In this document: piece by piece, positions 46,962-56,168 of the stretch
Position numbering within the stretch: the first letter of the stretch is position 1
Layout: each line of letters opens with the position of its first letter
Made by a program: the position numbers and the translations under genes
The notes under the pieces: generated by a model
Databases searched by the model: none
Told to the model about the DNA's origin: nothing
The model's input: only the letters and a program-made list of their open reading frames with translations
Sequence record: OP079919.1
DNA length: 64,000 nt
Reading direction: 5' to 3' (one strand)

Positions 46962-46993
46962 AATTTTTCAGTACTAAATTATGACTAGGTCAA

Positions 46994-47015
46994 GAGCTGA
47001 GGGTTTCCTCAGCTC
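46994..47015 (+). terminator. Hairpin after the helicase (terminator or 5' leader hairpin)
   Basis: GAGCTGAGG-GTTT-CCTCAGCTC; no clear U-tract; promoter-like motif just upstream. Confidence 0.45.
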
Positions 47016-47053
47016 CCACCTATTATGCGTTTACAAATTTAGGAGGAACGACT

Positions 47054-47503
47054 ATGCGTTCCGTCATGATCATAAGAGCCGGAAAGGAGATCGAACCCTT
47101 TGCATTGGAAGCCTTGATCGCGGGCATTTTGGACTACACGGCGCATCAGAAACTTGAAGATGCGTATGAGATCATGGACTCTTTACTGTCGAACATTGTC
47201 ACGGATAGTTTGGACGAACTTAATGACAAAATGCTCGAACCCACCACTCGACCTCTTTCCATATACGAGAAGGAAAAATATCAGCATTATTTGAACGAAA
47301 AGAAGAACGAACGTTATATTCGTTTCTTCCAATTACGTCAGCGTACTCTGAGCGCTTTCTCGACGTTTCTTGAAAACTTTAACGACCCCATCCTATCTAT
47401 GTCTAAAGGTAATAATCTTTTACCCAAGTTGGAAGCCGAACGAAATAATATTTTGTTCGTCTCATTAGAGCAGAAGAAGAATGGAACCAAAACAAAACAA
47501 TAG
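47054..47503 (+). CDS. Hypothetical protein
   Basis: 149 aa, AGGAGG SD. Confidence 0.65.
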   Translation: MRSVMIIRAGKEIEPFALEALIAGILDYTAHQKLEDAYEIMDSLLSNIVTDSLDELNDKMLEPTTRPLSIYEKEKYQHYLNEKKNERYIRFFQLRQRTLSAFSTFLENFNDPILSMSKGNNLLPKLEAERNNILFVSLEQKKNGTKTKQ

Positions 47504-47879
47504 CCTGATTTCGGTATTGCGATCTCGCTCCAATTATTCTGAGGAAGGAGGCTTGGTAGCTGGAGAATATCTGGCGGATTATTTTGAAAACGCCATTATT
47601 CAAGAGCATATGGATTTGGGTTATTTAAGAAACATGTGTTATGAACAGGCGTTAATGGGCAACAGGTCATTAACAAAACCGGGCTGGATGCATCCAGCCC
47701 TCTCTTACGACGCAAGTGACGTCTGTGACGATTTATTTACAGAAGCGATGGAAATACTCGCTGAAGTTAATAATGACGTCACAGAGGCTCTGAATTGCAT
47801 TAATTCCATTTCCTTTAAACGTACTTCCCGGCTCCTCTTTAGTACCGGAAGTGTAATTATGATAAAAACCCAATGGTAA
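47481..47879 (+). CDS. Hypothetical acidic protein
   Basis: 132 aa, overlapping run. Confidence 0.6.
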   Translation: MEPKQNNSLISVLRSRSNYSEEGGLVAGEYLADYFENAIIQEHMDLGYLRNMCYEQALMGNRSLTKPGWMHPALSYDASDVCDDLFTEAMEILAEVNNDVTEALNCINSISFKRTSRLLFSTGSVIMIKTQW

Positions 47880-48244
47880 ACAGAATAAGAAGTTTGGTTA
47901 GGGTCAGTGTCCCAGCAGACATCCCCTGGGCTTCTGATTCGAGGTTGTACCACGCCAGCGCACTTTTCTTTGAACGCTGGATTTACTATGGTGATTTCTC
48001 TCCTGAAGCTTACGACGAACTCTTTATCGATGTCGAATCTTTATTTGAGAAACCACCGAAATTAGATGTCAATGAGATGTTTGATGAATGTTTACTCTTA
48101 GTGGAAAACATTCGTAATGACGAACTTAACAGTGAAGTGAAACATCTTATTGAGAGCAGTCGTTTTAAGGTATCGGTTGAGGGCACGAAGCTCATCAATT
48201 GGGATCATCAACGCTTTTTAATCTTAGTGGAAACTTTAACATGA
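47873..48244 (+). CDS. Hypothetical acidic protein
   Basis: 123 aa, overlapping run. Confidence 0.6.
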   Translation: MVNRIRSLVRVSVPADIPWASDSRLYHASALFFERWIYYGDFSPEAYDELFIDVESLFEKPPKLDVNEMFDECLLLVENIRNDELNSEVKHLIESSRFKVSVEGTKLINWDHQRFLILVETLT

Positions 48245-48690
48245 GTAGAAAATCTATTGTACTGCGTCTTCCGGCTTCAACTGTTGCCGACCTCAAGGAA
48301 TTCGACGAAGAAGCGCAACTGCTTCTCCTTACTACCGGCCTGACTCTGGCCAAACGACCTGCTCAGGAGCTCGTTAAAGAAGACGAGGATACCGACCCTC
48401 GCTCCATCATTTCCAAAGAGGTCGATGATATCCTCGAAACCATCGACGACAATTACGACGATGACGATTCTGACGGCGATGATGAATCGGCAGAAGCCCG
48501 TAAGGATGAACAACGTACGGTGATTCATCAGCAAATGGCTGACTTCATCGAAGAGTTTGTTGGGTTGCTGACCGACCCTCAAAGTGAAAACTGCGGCGTA
48601 TTGGCGGCCATCGCGCTGGAAGAACTCGACACACCTATCAGCTGGGCTGCTGATGACAAAACTGGCCTGACCACGATTGTATACGGCTGA
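48241..48690 (+). CDS. Highly acidic hypothetical protein
   Basis: ATGA overlap at 48241; D/E-rich tract DDNYDDDDSDGDDES. Confidence 0.65.
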   Translation: MSRKSIVLRLPASTVADLKEFDEEAQLLLLTTGLTLAKRPAQELVKEDEDTDPRSIISKEVDDILETIDDNYDDDDSDGDDESAEARKDEQRTVIHQQMADFIEEFVGLLTDPQSENCGVLAAIALEELDTPISWAADDKTGLTTIVYG

Positions 48691-48693
48691 CAG

Positions 48694-48726
48694 TAATCCT
48701 CCTACCCCAATGGGGTAGGAGGATTA
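48694..48726. terminator. Bidirectional terminator
   Basis: TAATCCTCCTACCCC / GGGGTAGGAGGATTA between convergent genes. Confidence 0.8.
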
Positions 48727-48745
48727 GCTTATTTATTTTTTTTTT

Positions 48746-50038
48746 CTAGAAAAGTGAATCGTAAAGATTGAGTACCGTTGTTTCTACTTTAGAAACGTGG
48801 GCGTTTTTCATCTTAGTTAACATAAACCGGGTTGGGATGTTAACAACTTCACTACTTAAACGGCTGGCTGATTTACCCAAAGAAACCCCGCAACAAACCT
48901 TGCAGTGGTTATCTTCTTTTGTCTGACAGAGATAAGGAACGCGCATCTTAACCGTACTACCTATCATTTCGGTCTCATTCCCCTCCAGAACGGTCGGTTT
49001 ACCATTCTTAAGGTAATATCCCCCCTTCCAGTTCTTGAGGCTGTAAGGGTCGATATAGACGTCCTCTGTATAGGTTGTTCCGCAATCGTCTTCAGCTACA
49101 ACGATTCGTGAGGTTAACCGCATCAGTTCTTTAACCCCTGCGCCACCTTCACCCGTTGCCTTACCACGGTCATAGGACGCGGAAACTGCGGTATTGATGT
49201 AGTGGGTAATTTGGTCGTAATTCCAAATCTCATTAAGGGGTTGTTTTATCAGAATAAACTCACCCGTGTTAAAGTCCCTTTCCAGACCAAAGACCAGGAA
49301 CATTTTCTTACGGGCGTTATCGATAAATTTCTTATCGATGAAGAAGTCAGAAGAAGCGCCGTTCAATTGCTCTTCCATGTCGAGGTCTACGATCTGTTTG
49401 ATGATGTTCGCTGCGACAATGGGGTCGTTTAACTCATGGGCGTGTTCTTTAAACAATCTCTCTCTTAGTGCAATGACCGCTTTACTTACGGTAACCGCCT
49501 GAATACTCCCGGCTTTAGTAAAGATATCATTTAAGCCCATCAGATAGTTGGCTTGTTTAGTAAGCTTAAGACACTCGGTCACGCTTGCTTTACCGGCCGG
49601 TATCTCTTCACCCGGCTGAGGGTCATCTACCATTAATTCGGCGATGACGTCTTCCACTAATCTACCGGTTATGAGTTTATTGTGATACGGAGTCCGGTTT
49701 TGGAATACTTCCCAGAAAAGACATCTGTTAAGCAATAAGATCCCCATCGTTGTGGTGACGCTCCCCTCAATACTCGGGTGCCATTTATTGTCTATCACCA
49801 ACTTCTCGTGTTTGTAGAATAGCGGGTAAGCGAGATCCCCTTCTATTTCTATCGTGTCCCCGTCATCGTTATAACACCAAAATCCGTTAGGGCTGCGATG
49901 AAGGAACCAGGGGGTTTTACCTAACAGAGTCTCGTTCTTTGCATTATCAGTAAGAACAGAAAAGGTACTCAGTATCCAGAGTTTCTTTTGATACATACGT
50001 CTCTCAAAACACTGGAAGAGGTAATCGATCTTATTCAT
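48746..50038 (-). CDS. Virion RNA polymerase beta' subunit fragment (phiKZ gp80-like)
   Basis: Bridge-helix-like ATGEGG...RLTSRIVVAEDDCGT and Zn cluster CQTK...CKVCCG. Confidence 0.85.
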   Translation of the reverse strand: MNKIDYLFQCFERRMYQKKLWILSTFSVLTDNAKNETLLGKTPWFLHRSPNGFWCYNDDGDTIEIEGDLAYPLFYKHEKLVIDNKWHPSIEGSVTTTMGILLLNRCLFWEVFQNRTPYHNKLITGRLVEDVIAELMVDDPQPGEEIPAGKASVTECLKLTKQANYLMGLNDIFTKAGSIQAVTVSKAVIALRERLFKEHAHELNDPIVAANIIKQIVDLDMEEQLNGASSDFFIDKKFIDNARKKMFLVFGLERDFNTGEFILIKQPLNEIWNYDQITHYINTAVSASYDRGKATGEGGAGVKELMRLTSRIVVAEDDCGTTYTEDVYIDPYSLKNWKGGYYLKNGKPTVLEGNETEMIGSTVKMRVPYLCQTKEDNHCKVCCGVSLGKSASRLSSEVVNIPTRFMLTKMKNAHVSKVETTVLNLYDSLF

Positions 50039-50915
50039 TGGTTAACCCCAGCTTTTTCACTAATCCGTCAGCGTAGTACAGACTTTCCACATCAGAGAAA
50101 TCTTCTCCTAAGCGAGCAGAGAGTTTATCGAGGAAACTCTCATTGGTAATCCCGCTGCACAGCATCAAACAAATGATTTCTTTAATGTATTTTTTAGGTT
50201 CAGTCTCTTTCATCTCGTTGAGTCGATCAAGATAGTACTTGTAAATAACCAACCACCCGATACCTAATTTGCCCGCGCTAACAACGTGTTCCCACGCCAA
50301 CGTTCCGCGTAAGAATTCTTTATTGCCCCTGACTCGGTCGCTGACGTATTGAGGGACTTCAACGTCAGCATCAGGGTTAATCAACGACGTCCTTAAAACC
50401 TCTAACAGATGTTCAGAGACGTCAGAGATAATCATTTCGTACAGGCTGGTGTCTTCCAGATCAAGGAGCTTTTCGATCACCGCTATAAAACGATCTTTTG
50501 TTTCTAAGTCGGTCGCTTCCAAAATAACACTCAGGGACAGAAGGTCCTCGTAACCATCAAGAATATAGGCGACGTCGATGATATTAGTAAGCAAGGGAAG
50601 ATGATCTATGGTGATCTGATCTTTATCAATCTCAACGCCAAGTTCTGTGATGATTTGAATACTATTAGCGATGAGGATATCCCTTATAGCGTTAGTCTGT
50701 TCAATGACCGTCATCCCTTCATCAATGAGTATTTCCAGGATTTGACTTTGTACGGTTGTTTCTTCCTGACTAATCGCAATTAAATTATACGCTTTATCGA
50801 ATGTATTGAAATTAAATTCGGTAATAGATTTAGCAAAGGCCAACCAGGTTTCTCCTAACTCAGATGTCAGGATACTGGCTTCAGTGAGGTCTATTGCTCG
50901 TTTTTCAAAAATCAT
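50031..50915 (-). CDS. Conserved acidic protein, probably virion (phiKZ gp79-like by synteny)
   Basis: 294 aa, overlaps the start of the vRNAP gene. Confidence 0.55.
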   Translation of the reverse strand: MIFEKRAIDLTEASILTSELGETWLAFAKSITEFNFNTFDKAYNLIAISQEETTVQSQILEILIDEGMTVIEQTNAIRDILIANSIQIITELGVEIDKDQITIDHLPLLTNIIDVAYILDGYEDLLSLSVILEATDLETKDRFIAVIEKLLDLEDTSLYEMIISDVSEHLLEVLRTSLINPDADVEVPQYVSDRVRGNKEFLRGTLAWEHVVSAGKLGIGWLVIYKYYLDRLNEMKETEPKKYIKEIICLMLCSGITNESFLDKLSARLGEDFSDVESLYYADGLVKKLGLTNE

Positions 50916-50958
50916 GGTTTAACCCCTGCTAAAGGTCGTGGGTAATAGGAGACATAAA

Positions 50959-51666
50959 ATGCGTAGTAGCCAGCAGAAAGCCAAGGCTAGTCACAAGAAA
51001 GCGATCAAAAATACTCACCGCAAGAAAAACTGCAGCGGAAAGAAGATCGTTTTAACTAAGAAACAGAAAGAAAGAAAAATGATTGAAACGGTCACTGCTA
51101 TGGCGAAAGCCGGGGATGTCTCCAGTGTTCAATTACTGGCTGCTGCCAGCGCCAAAGCTAAGGGTGTTAAATCGGGAGAGCTTAAGACCAAGCAGCTTAT
51201 CGAGCTGGTAGATGAAAATATTCAACAGCTCATTATCTCTCACGCTCTTGTGGAAGGCATTGCCGAATGTTTAGATGAAGGGCTTATCGAAGATCCTGAT
51301 AATTCCATCTCTGATAAAGTCAAGGAATGCGACGAATTGACTGTACGTTGGATGGAAGACGCTAACGCCGTTATTGCGCTCAGCCACACCGAACTCATTC
51401 CGGAAGATTACGTCGATATGGCCATTAGTTTTATGGCCAGCACTATCGGTATCATGTCCGATAGCTACCCTCGACTCATCGAATTAACCGAAGATATGAA
51501 ATCAGTCATTAATAAGAAAATGGCTGAGATCATCGATGCGGTGAAAGCTGACTATCCGGAAGCTACTGAATTCGAACAGGTCTCCAAAATTCACCAGAAA
51601 CGGATGATGAAAATCATGCCGCTTTACGGGACCCCAGCGCCTGTAGAAGAAACTGAAACCGTTTAA
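50959..51666 (+). CDS. Hypothetical protein with basic N-terminal tail and acidic body
   Basis: AGGAG SD before ATG 50959; first ~40 aa K/R-rich. Confidence 0.6.
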   Translation: MRSSQQKAKASHKKAIKNTHRKKNCSGKKIVLTKKQKERKMIETVTAMAKAGDVSSVQLLAAASAKAKGVKSGELKTKQLIELVDENIQQLIISHALVEGIAECLDEGLIEDPDNSISDKVKECDELTVRWMEDANAVIALSHTELIPEDYVDMAISFMASTIGIMSDSYPRLIELTEDMKSVINKKMAEIIDAVKADYPEATEFEQVSKIHQKRMMKIMPLYGTPAPVEETETV

Positions 51667-51683
51667 TCATAGGACCGATATTT

Positions 51684-53300
51684 ATGTCTGAAGAAAACAA
51701 CATTCCGGCCCAAGGGACGGCGCACGACAAGAACAACCACACGATGAGTCAGTTCCAGGAACCCAAAGATCTCAAGTTGGGGGTGTTCGATCCAAAAGAA
51801 GATAATAATTTCATTAAGATCTTCTTAGGTGTTGACTCAGAAGAGTACAAGAAACTCTCTGGGCTTATCTCAAGGTGGTTGGAGTACAACTTTACCCTTA
51901 ACGAGCCCAACGCCAAACCGGCCCAGATTAACGCGGTTAAAGACAAATACTTCGGGTATCTCAAAGAACAGTACCCGAACAAAACAGAAGAAGAGGTTAA
52001 CGAGCTGGCTCAGTCATACTACAGCTTCGCAACCAACTTCACTGAAAATCTGTACCGCCGGAACGAAACCGTTAATGGGGCGAAAACGACTAACGTCTCT
52101 TTAAAAGCCCAGGGTATCGTCGAGGGAGACATCGTTGGCCGCGCACCAGGGTTGGGTAAAAAGCTCCCTATGCGCGATATGATGCGCCGCCATTTCCGTC
52201 GCACCACTAACGAAGCGGAAAACTTCGACGTTCTCCTGCGTAACTCATTTATTCAGTTACGTATTTCCCGCCCAACCATTCTGGAACTGGGGCGTCTGCT
52301 GGAAGACATTCAGCTCGAAGTGAAAAACTACGTTCGTCAGGTTAATGGTAACTCATTAACTCTCGCTCGTACTTCTATCGCTCGGGTTATTTGGAAATTC
52401 GTTTCTGATCGCATCGTATCCTGCTCCGTCAAAGATACCGACGATTATTACGATCTCGCTAACAACATCCTTTGGAGTGACTTTGGTGCGCTTTGCATCT
52501 CGTTACTTTCCGCATCGTCGTCCAAGGGTGTGAATTTTCAACTCGAGTGTCTTGCGAACAACTGCGACTGGGAAGAGTATCAGGTTATTGATCCTTCTCT
52601 CTTGCTTCGTCCTATTCCTGAGAATCTTTCAGAAGAGCAGTCTATCGCTCTGGGTAATATCGTTAACGGGGTTCAGCGTTATTCCCGTGAAGAGATTACT
52701 AAGCTTCAGAATAAGACCAAGTACGATTTCGATACCAAATTGATGTTCGACGAAGGCCGGCAGTATTTTGAAATCGCTCCTCCTACGCTGTCCGTTGCGT
52801 TTGAAACCTTCGACATGTTCGTCGATAAAGTCATCCCTTCGATTCAGCAATTGCGCGCTAACACCATCAACGATCAGGAGTATGCCGTTGCTCTGGCTAA
52901 CCTCATCCAGAGTATCGCCGGTAGCGAATACGCCCATTGGGTCAAATCCTACGTGATTAACCCGGAGAGCGGCACAGACGGCGCGCCTACTAAGTATGAT
53001 CGTTTAGGTGAAGGTGGGTCTCGTGAGTTTAATGAAGGTCTCTTTGATATCCTCGATAGCGATGTTGAACTTTCCCAAGAACTCATCAAAAAGATCAACC
53101 GTATCGGTCCATCGATGACACTCACCATCATCGGGGTGCCGAACTATCATTGCCCTCGTTGCGCAAAATCAAGTTCTGAAAGCGGTATCACTTATAAAGG
53201 CATCACCCCTATCGATCCGCTTATGGCTTTTTTTACCCTAACCCAGTTGATGTTTATGGATCGGGTGGTGAATCTAAGCGGTCTCGACGCAACCCCTTAG
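51684..53300 (+). CDS. Conserved protein with two Cys pairs (CLANNC, CPRC), possible Zn site
   Basis: 538 aa, AGGA SD; architecture reminiscent of baseplate-hub assembly proteins (inference). Confidence 0.5.
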   Translation: MSEENNIPAQGTAHDKNNHTMSQFQEPKDLKLGVFDPKEDNNFIKIFLGVDSEEYKKLSGLISRWLEYNFTLNEPNAKPAQINAVKDKYFGYLKEQYPNKTEEEVNELAQSYYSFATNFTENLYRRNETVNGAKTTNVSLKAQGIVEGDIVGRAPGLGKKLPMRDMMRRHFRRTTNEAENFDVLLRNSFIQLRISRPTILELGRLLEDIQLEVKNYVRQVNGNSLTLARTSIARVIWKFVSDRIVSCSVKDTDDYYDLANNILWSDFGALCISLLSASSSKGVNFQLECLANNCDWEEYQVIDPSLLLRPIPENLSEEQSIALGNIVNGVQRYSREEITKLQNKTKYDFDTKLMFDEGRQYFEIAPPTLSVAFETFDMFVDKVIPSIQQLRANTINDQEYAVALANLIQSIAGSEYAHWVKSYVINPESGTDGAPTKYDRLGEGGSREFNEGLFDILDSDVELSQELIKKINRIGPSMTLTIIGVPNYHCPRCAKSSSESGITYKGITPIDPLMAFFTLTQLMFMDRVVNLSGLDATP

Positions 53301-53347
53301 AGCTAACTACCTTTACTAACTCGCCTGATTATCTGCAGGCGAGTAAA

Positions 53348-53737
53348 ATGTTCTTAGGGAAGTCCATTAAAACGATCACCCGCACAGAACTCAACGTCAT
53401 CGATAGCAAATTAAATCGTATCGGCATGGGGTATGTGGGGCTGAGTAAAATGACTCCCTTCGATCCTATCAGTTGGGTAGAGGAAGAGCATGAGTATACT
53501 CACCCGTTCAGTCTTCAACGTCGCTTTTACGACTACGGTTATTTCCGCCTAAAAGAAATCTTTACGTTAAACGAATACTTAAACATGGAAGCTTACCTTT
53601 TGGATAAGGCGATGAAGTACATTCGTTTAGGGGCCGATTCCAGATTAAAAGATGAAATCAGGCTCAATAAAGATAAAGCTGAGCCGGAAGCCAGTGAGGT
53701 CGAAAAAGTCATGAAAAACCTATTAGGTAAAGGATAG
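53348..53737 (+). CDS. Conserved hypothetical protein
   Basis: 129 aa following the 538-aa gene. Confidence 0.6.
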   Translation: MFLGKSIKTITRTELNVIDSKLNRIGMGYVGLSKMTPFDPISWVEEEHEYTHPFSLQRRFYDYGYFRLKEIFTLNEYLNMEAYLLDKAMKYIRLGADSRLKDEIRLNKDKAEPEASEVEKVMKNLLGKG

Positions 53738-53742
53738 CGATT

Positions 53743-54324
53743 ATGTCTTATTCCAAACCTTCAAGTACTTCTATCACGCCAACCAATAAGGTGATTGAAG
53801 AAACCGAAGAAGCCGTTCAGCAACAAATCACCTTAGAAAAAGAAAATGTTCCTACCGTCGTCCTTGCCAGTGAGATGGTGGGTTCTAAAAGTAACGCAGT
53901 GACTGACGTTTTCGTAGAGGCCCTGACACGCTATAAAAACGTATTAGCCGGTAACCTTGTTCTTAACAAATCCCAGCTCAAAGAAGAGCAGGCTGCGTTT
54001 ATGAACACAGTGAGTAACACGATGAATCTTGAGTTTAAAGATTACGTGTTAACCACCGATGCGTTGGTTCTTTTAATGCGTGATAACAAAGAAGCCTTCA
54101 ACGAAAAGCGTCTGTACGAACTGTTTTATTATGTTCAAGCCGACTACTCTAAGAAGGCAGCTGAACGTTACATGCGTTACATGTCGGCTTTGTATACCCT
54201 GTCCCAAAACCTTCGTAACCGTTCTCGAATCGGTAAGATGGTGGACATTGTCAGTCTTTCCTCTGGCTATACAACTAAAGCCGCTACGAATATCCAGAAT
54301 TACTTCAACCGTAATTACGGTTAA
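53743..54324 (+). CDS. Hypothetical protein
   Basis: 193 aa, AAGGA SD. Confidence 0.65.
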   Translation: MSYSKPSSTSITPTNKVIEETEEAVQQQITLEKENVPTVVLASEMVGSKSNAVTDVFVEALTRYKNVLAGNLVLNKSQLKEEQAAFMNTVSNTMNLEFKDYVLTTDALVLLMRDNKEAFNEKRLYELFYYVQADYSKKAAERYMRYMSALYTLSQNLRNRSRIGKMVDIVSLSSGYTTKAATNIQNYFNRNYG

Positions 54325-54333
54325 TACTACTCC

Positions 54334-54367
54334 TACTACTCCTACCGCCAAGGCGGTAGGAGTAGTA
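54334..54367. terminator. Bidirectional terminator
   Basis: 16-bp stem TACTACTCCTACCGCC / GGCGGTAGGAGTAGTA, preceded by a tandem copy of TACTACTCC. Confidence 0.8.
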
Positions 54368-54368
54368 T

Positions 54369-56090
54369 TTATGCTACGAGTTTATTGTAAACTTTTTCGA
54401 TCTCAGTAATGGTCGGGAATCTATGAAGTGTGGTGCAGAGACTCAACGCATTTGCTTTAGGGCTGCTGGCGTAGTTGACTCCGACTTCCCTGAATTGGAA
54501 TCGGTTCAACCCTTCAATTTTACACGCTTCCATACGTGTTGTTTTATTTGATACGTTCAGCGCCACTGTCGCCGTAGGATAAGCACCAGTAACGTCGATA
54601 TCATCGGTCAAACCACGACCACGACTTCTGATACCCGGCATGCCGATAAAGAGCGCTTTACCCATGTCCTCGTTCTTTTCAGTCTCCAACAACGCAATCC
54701 AATCTTTAAGATCTGGTTTAAGATCATCAAGTTCATCTTTGCTTGTCGTTCCGCGAGTACCCCAAACGTAACCGTTATCTTTAGCAACAAAAGACAGTTC
54801 ATCGGAAATACATTTCGGCTGACTAGGGTAGTTAAAGAATTCAGACGATTTCAAAAGCATAGGTAACGAGAGACTTAAGTCGTCCGTCTTTTCGTTAAGT
54901 TCTTCTATCGTGATGTTATCTTTGATGTTGTATATGCAATATTCGAAGATATGATTCTTTTGCATATAACGGTGCCAGTCGGGAGAACCTGCTGGTAAGT
55001 GACTACCCGATTCGGTATAGAGTTTACCTTCTATCCCATTATCTTGAGCGGTGAATTCCAATCCATAAGAATCCTTCTTACCCTGAGGAGCACGTTTAAT
55101 CGCATAGAAGGATGCCGCATCCAACCATTGCCATGACGACATAGCTTGAACGGTAGGGAAACTTTCTTGCCACTCCAGAGGTTGTTTATCACCGTTCTCC
55201 TTGACCTTATGGGTTCTTCCTTTATTGAACCAATAATTTTGGAATTCCTCAGGAACATTCGGGTCGCTATAAACCGCAGCCGGATCAATGTTGTAAGCGA
55301 GTAACGCTTCCTCGTTCTTCTCCATATCGAACTTGGCGTTCCAAGACGCTATCCAATCCGGATGCCAATCGTGCCAACGTGCGACGTTACTTTCCACTAC
55401 TTGAGCTTGGTTGTCGAAGAGCTCCCAAATCACAGTCGCGTTACGTCGTTTTAAAACATCTCCTAATAATCGCTCAGCTTCAGATTCTAAAGTCTCGATA
55501 ATCTTCTTATCCGACATTCCATTAAAAATCCAACGAACTGCTGAGAAGTAAATCTTTTCTTTAAACGTGGTCGACGCCATAATGATAGAGTCATCATTAT
55601 TGTTGATCATGTTTGTTTCTACGTCATATGCCGCCGTAGTGTAAGATTCAGTTTCTTGGTATTTCGCCTGTGTTCTAAAATAGTAGTTCTTTATGAGTAC
55701 CGGAGTGGTTTGCTCACAACCGTAGACATATGGAGAGTTCTTCATAGTCAGCAGGTCGGCTTTTTTATCAGGCACGCCATAGAGGATTCGGCTGATATTC
55801 ATCGCCATACGAGCACGCGTGCTTTTATAACTATCGCATAATCGTTTGTCGATGTAGTCTTTCTTATCTTTAAACTTACGGAATTTTTCTTTCGTAATAT
55901 AAAAATCGACAACGAGATCAGGAATACCTATCAGCGAATCAGATCGAGATCCGTCTTCATGGACATTGGTTATTTTAACCAGGTTATAGTCTTTTAATTT
56001 GTCGTACCGCGATGTGCTGTAAGCAACTTTTTTACATACTTTTCCAATGATAGGAGAGTCATTTTTTTCTCCTGATCCTAGTGTAATCAT
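54369..56090 (-). CDS. Family B DNA polymerase, 3'-5' exonuclease/motif-A subunit (phiKZ gp82-like)
   Basis: ExoI YDVET, ExoII WNAKFD, ExoIII YNIKD, Pol motif A DIDVTGAYP; complements 23115-25199. Confidence 0.85.
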   Translation of the reverse strand: MITLGSGEKNDSPIIGKVCKKVAYSTSRYDKLKDYNLVKITNVHEDGSRSDSLIGIPDLVVDFYITKEKFRKFKDKKDYIDKRLCDSYKSTRARMAMNISRILYGVPDKKADLLTMKNSPYVYGCEQTTPVLIKNYYFRTQAKYQETESYTTAAYDVETNMINNNDDSIIMASTTFKEKIYFSAVRWIFNGMSDKKIIETLESEAERLLGDVLKRRNATVIWELFDNQAQVVESNVARWHDWHPDWIASWNAKFDMEKNEEALLAYNIDPAAVYSDPNVPEEFQNYWFNKGRTHKVKENGDKQPLEWQESFPTVQAMSSWQWLDAASFYAIKRAPQGKKDSYGLEFTAQDNGIEGKLYTESGSHLPAGSPDWHRYMQKNHIFEYCIYNIKDNITIEELNEKTDDLSLSLPMLLKSSEFFNYPSQPKCISDELSFVAKDNGYVWGTRGTTSKDELDDLKPDLKDWIALLETEKNEDMGKALFIGMPGIRSRGRGLTDDIDVTGAYPTATVALNVSNKTTRMEACKIEGLNRFQFREVGVNYASSPKANALSLCTTLHRFPTITEIEKVYNKLVA

Positions 56091-56168
56091 GGGCTCACCA
56101 CATTTTATGAATGTTGAAGTTCTCTAAACAATTACGCTTATAGTTATTTTTAACAGAGGCCTTATTAA

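Noticed and set aside
23115-56090. Split DNA polymerase and split RNAP subunits as novelty
   Set aside because: Established features of phiKZ-like phages.
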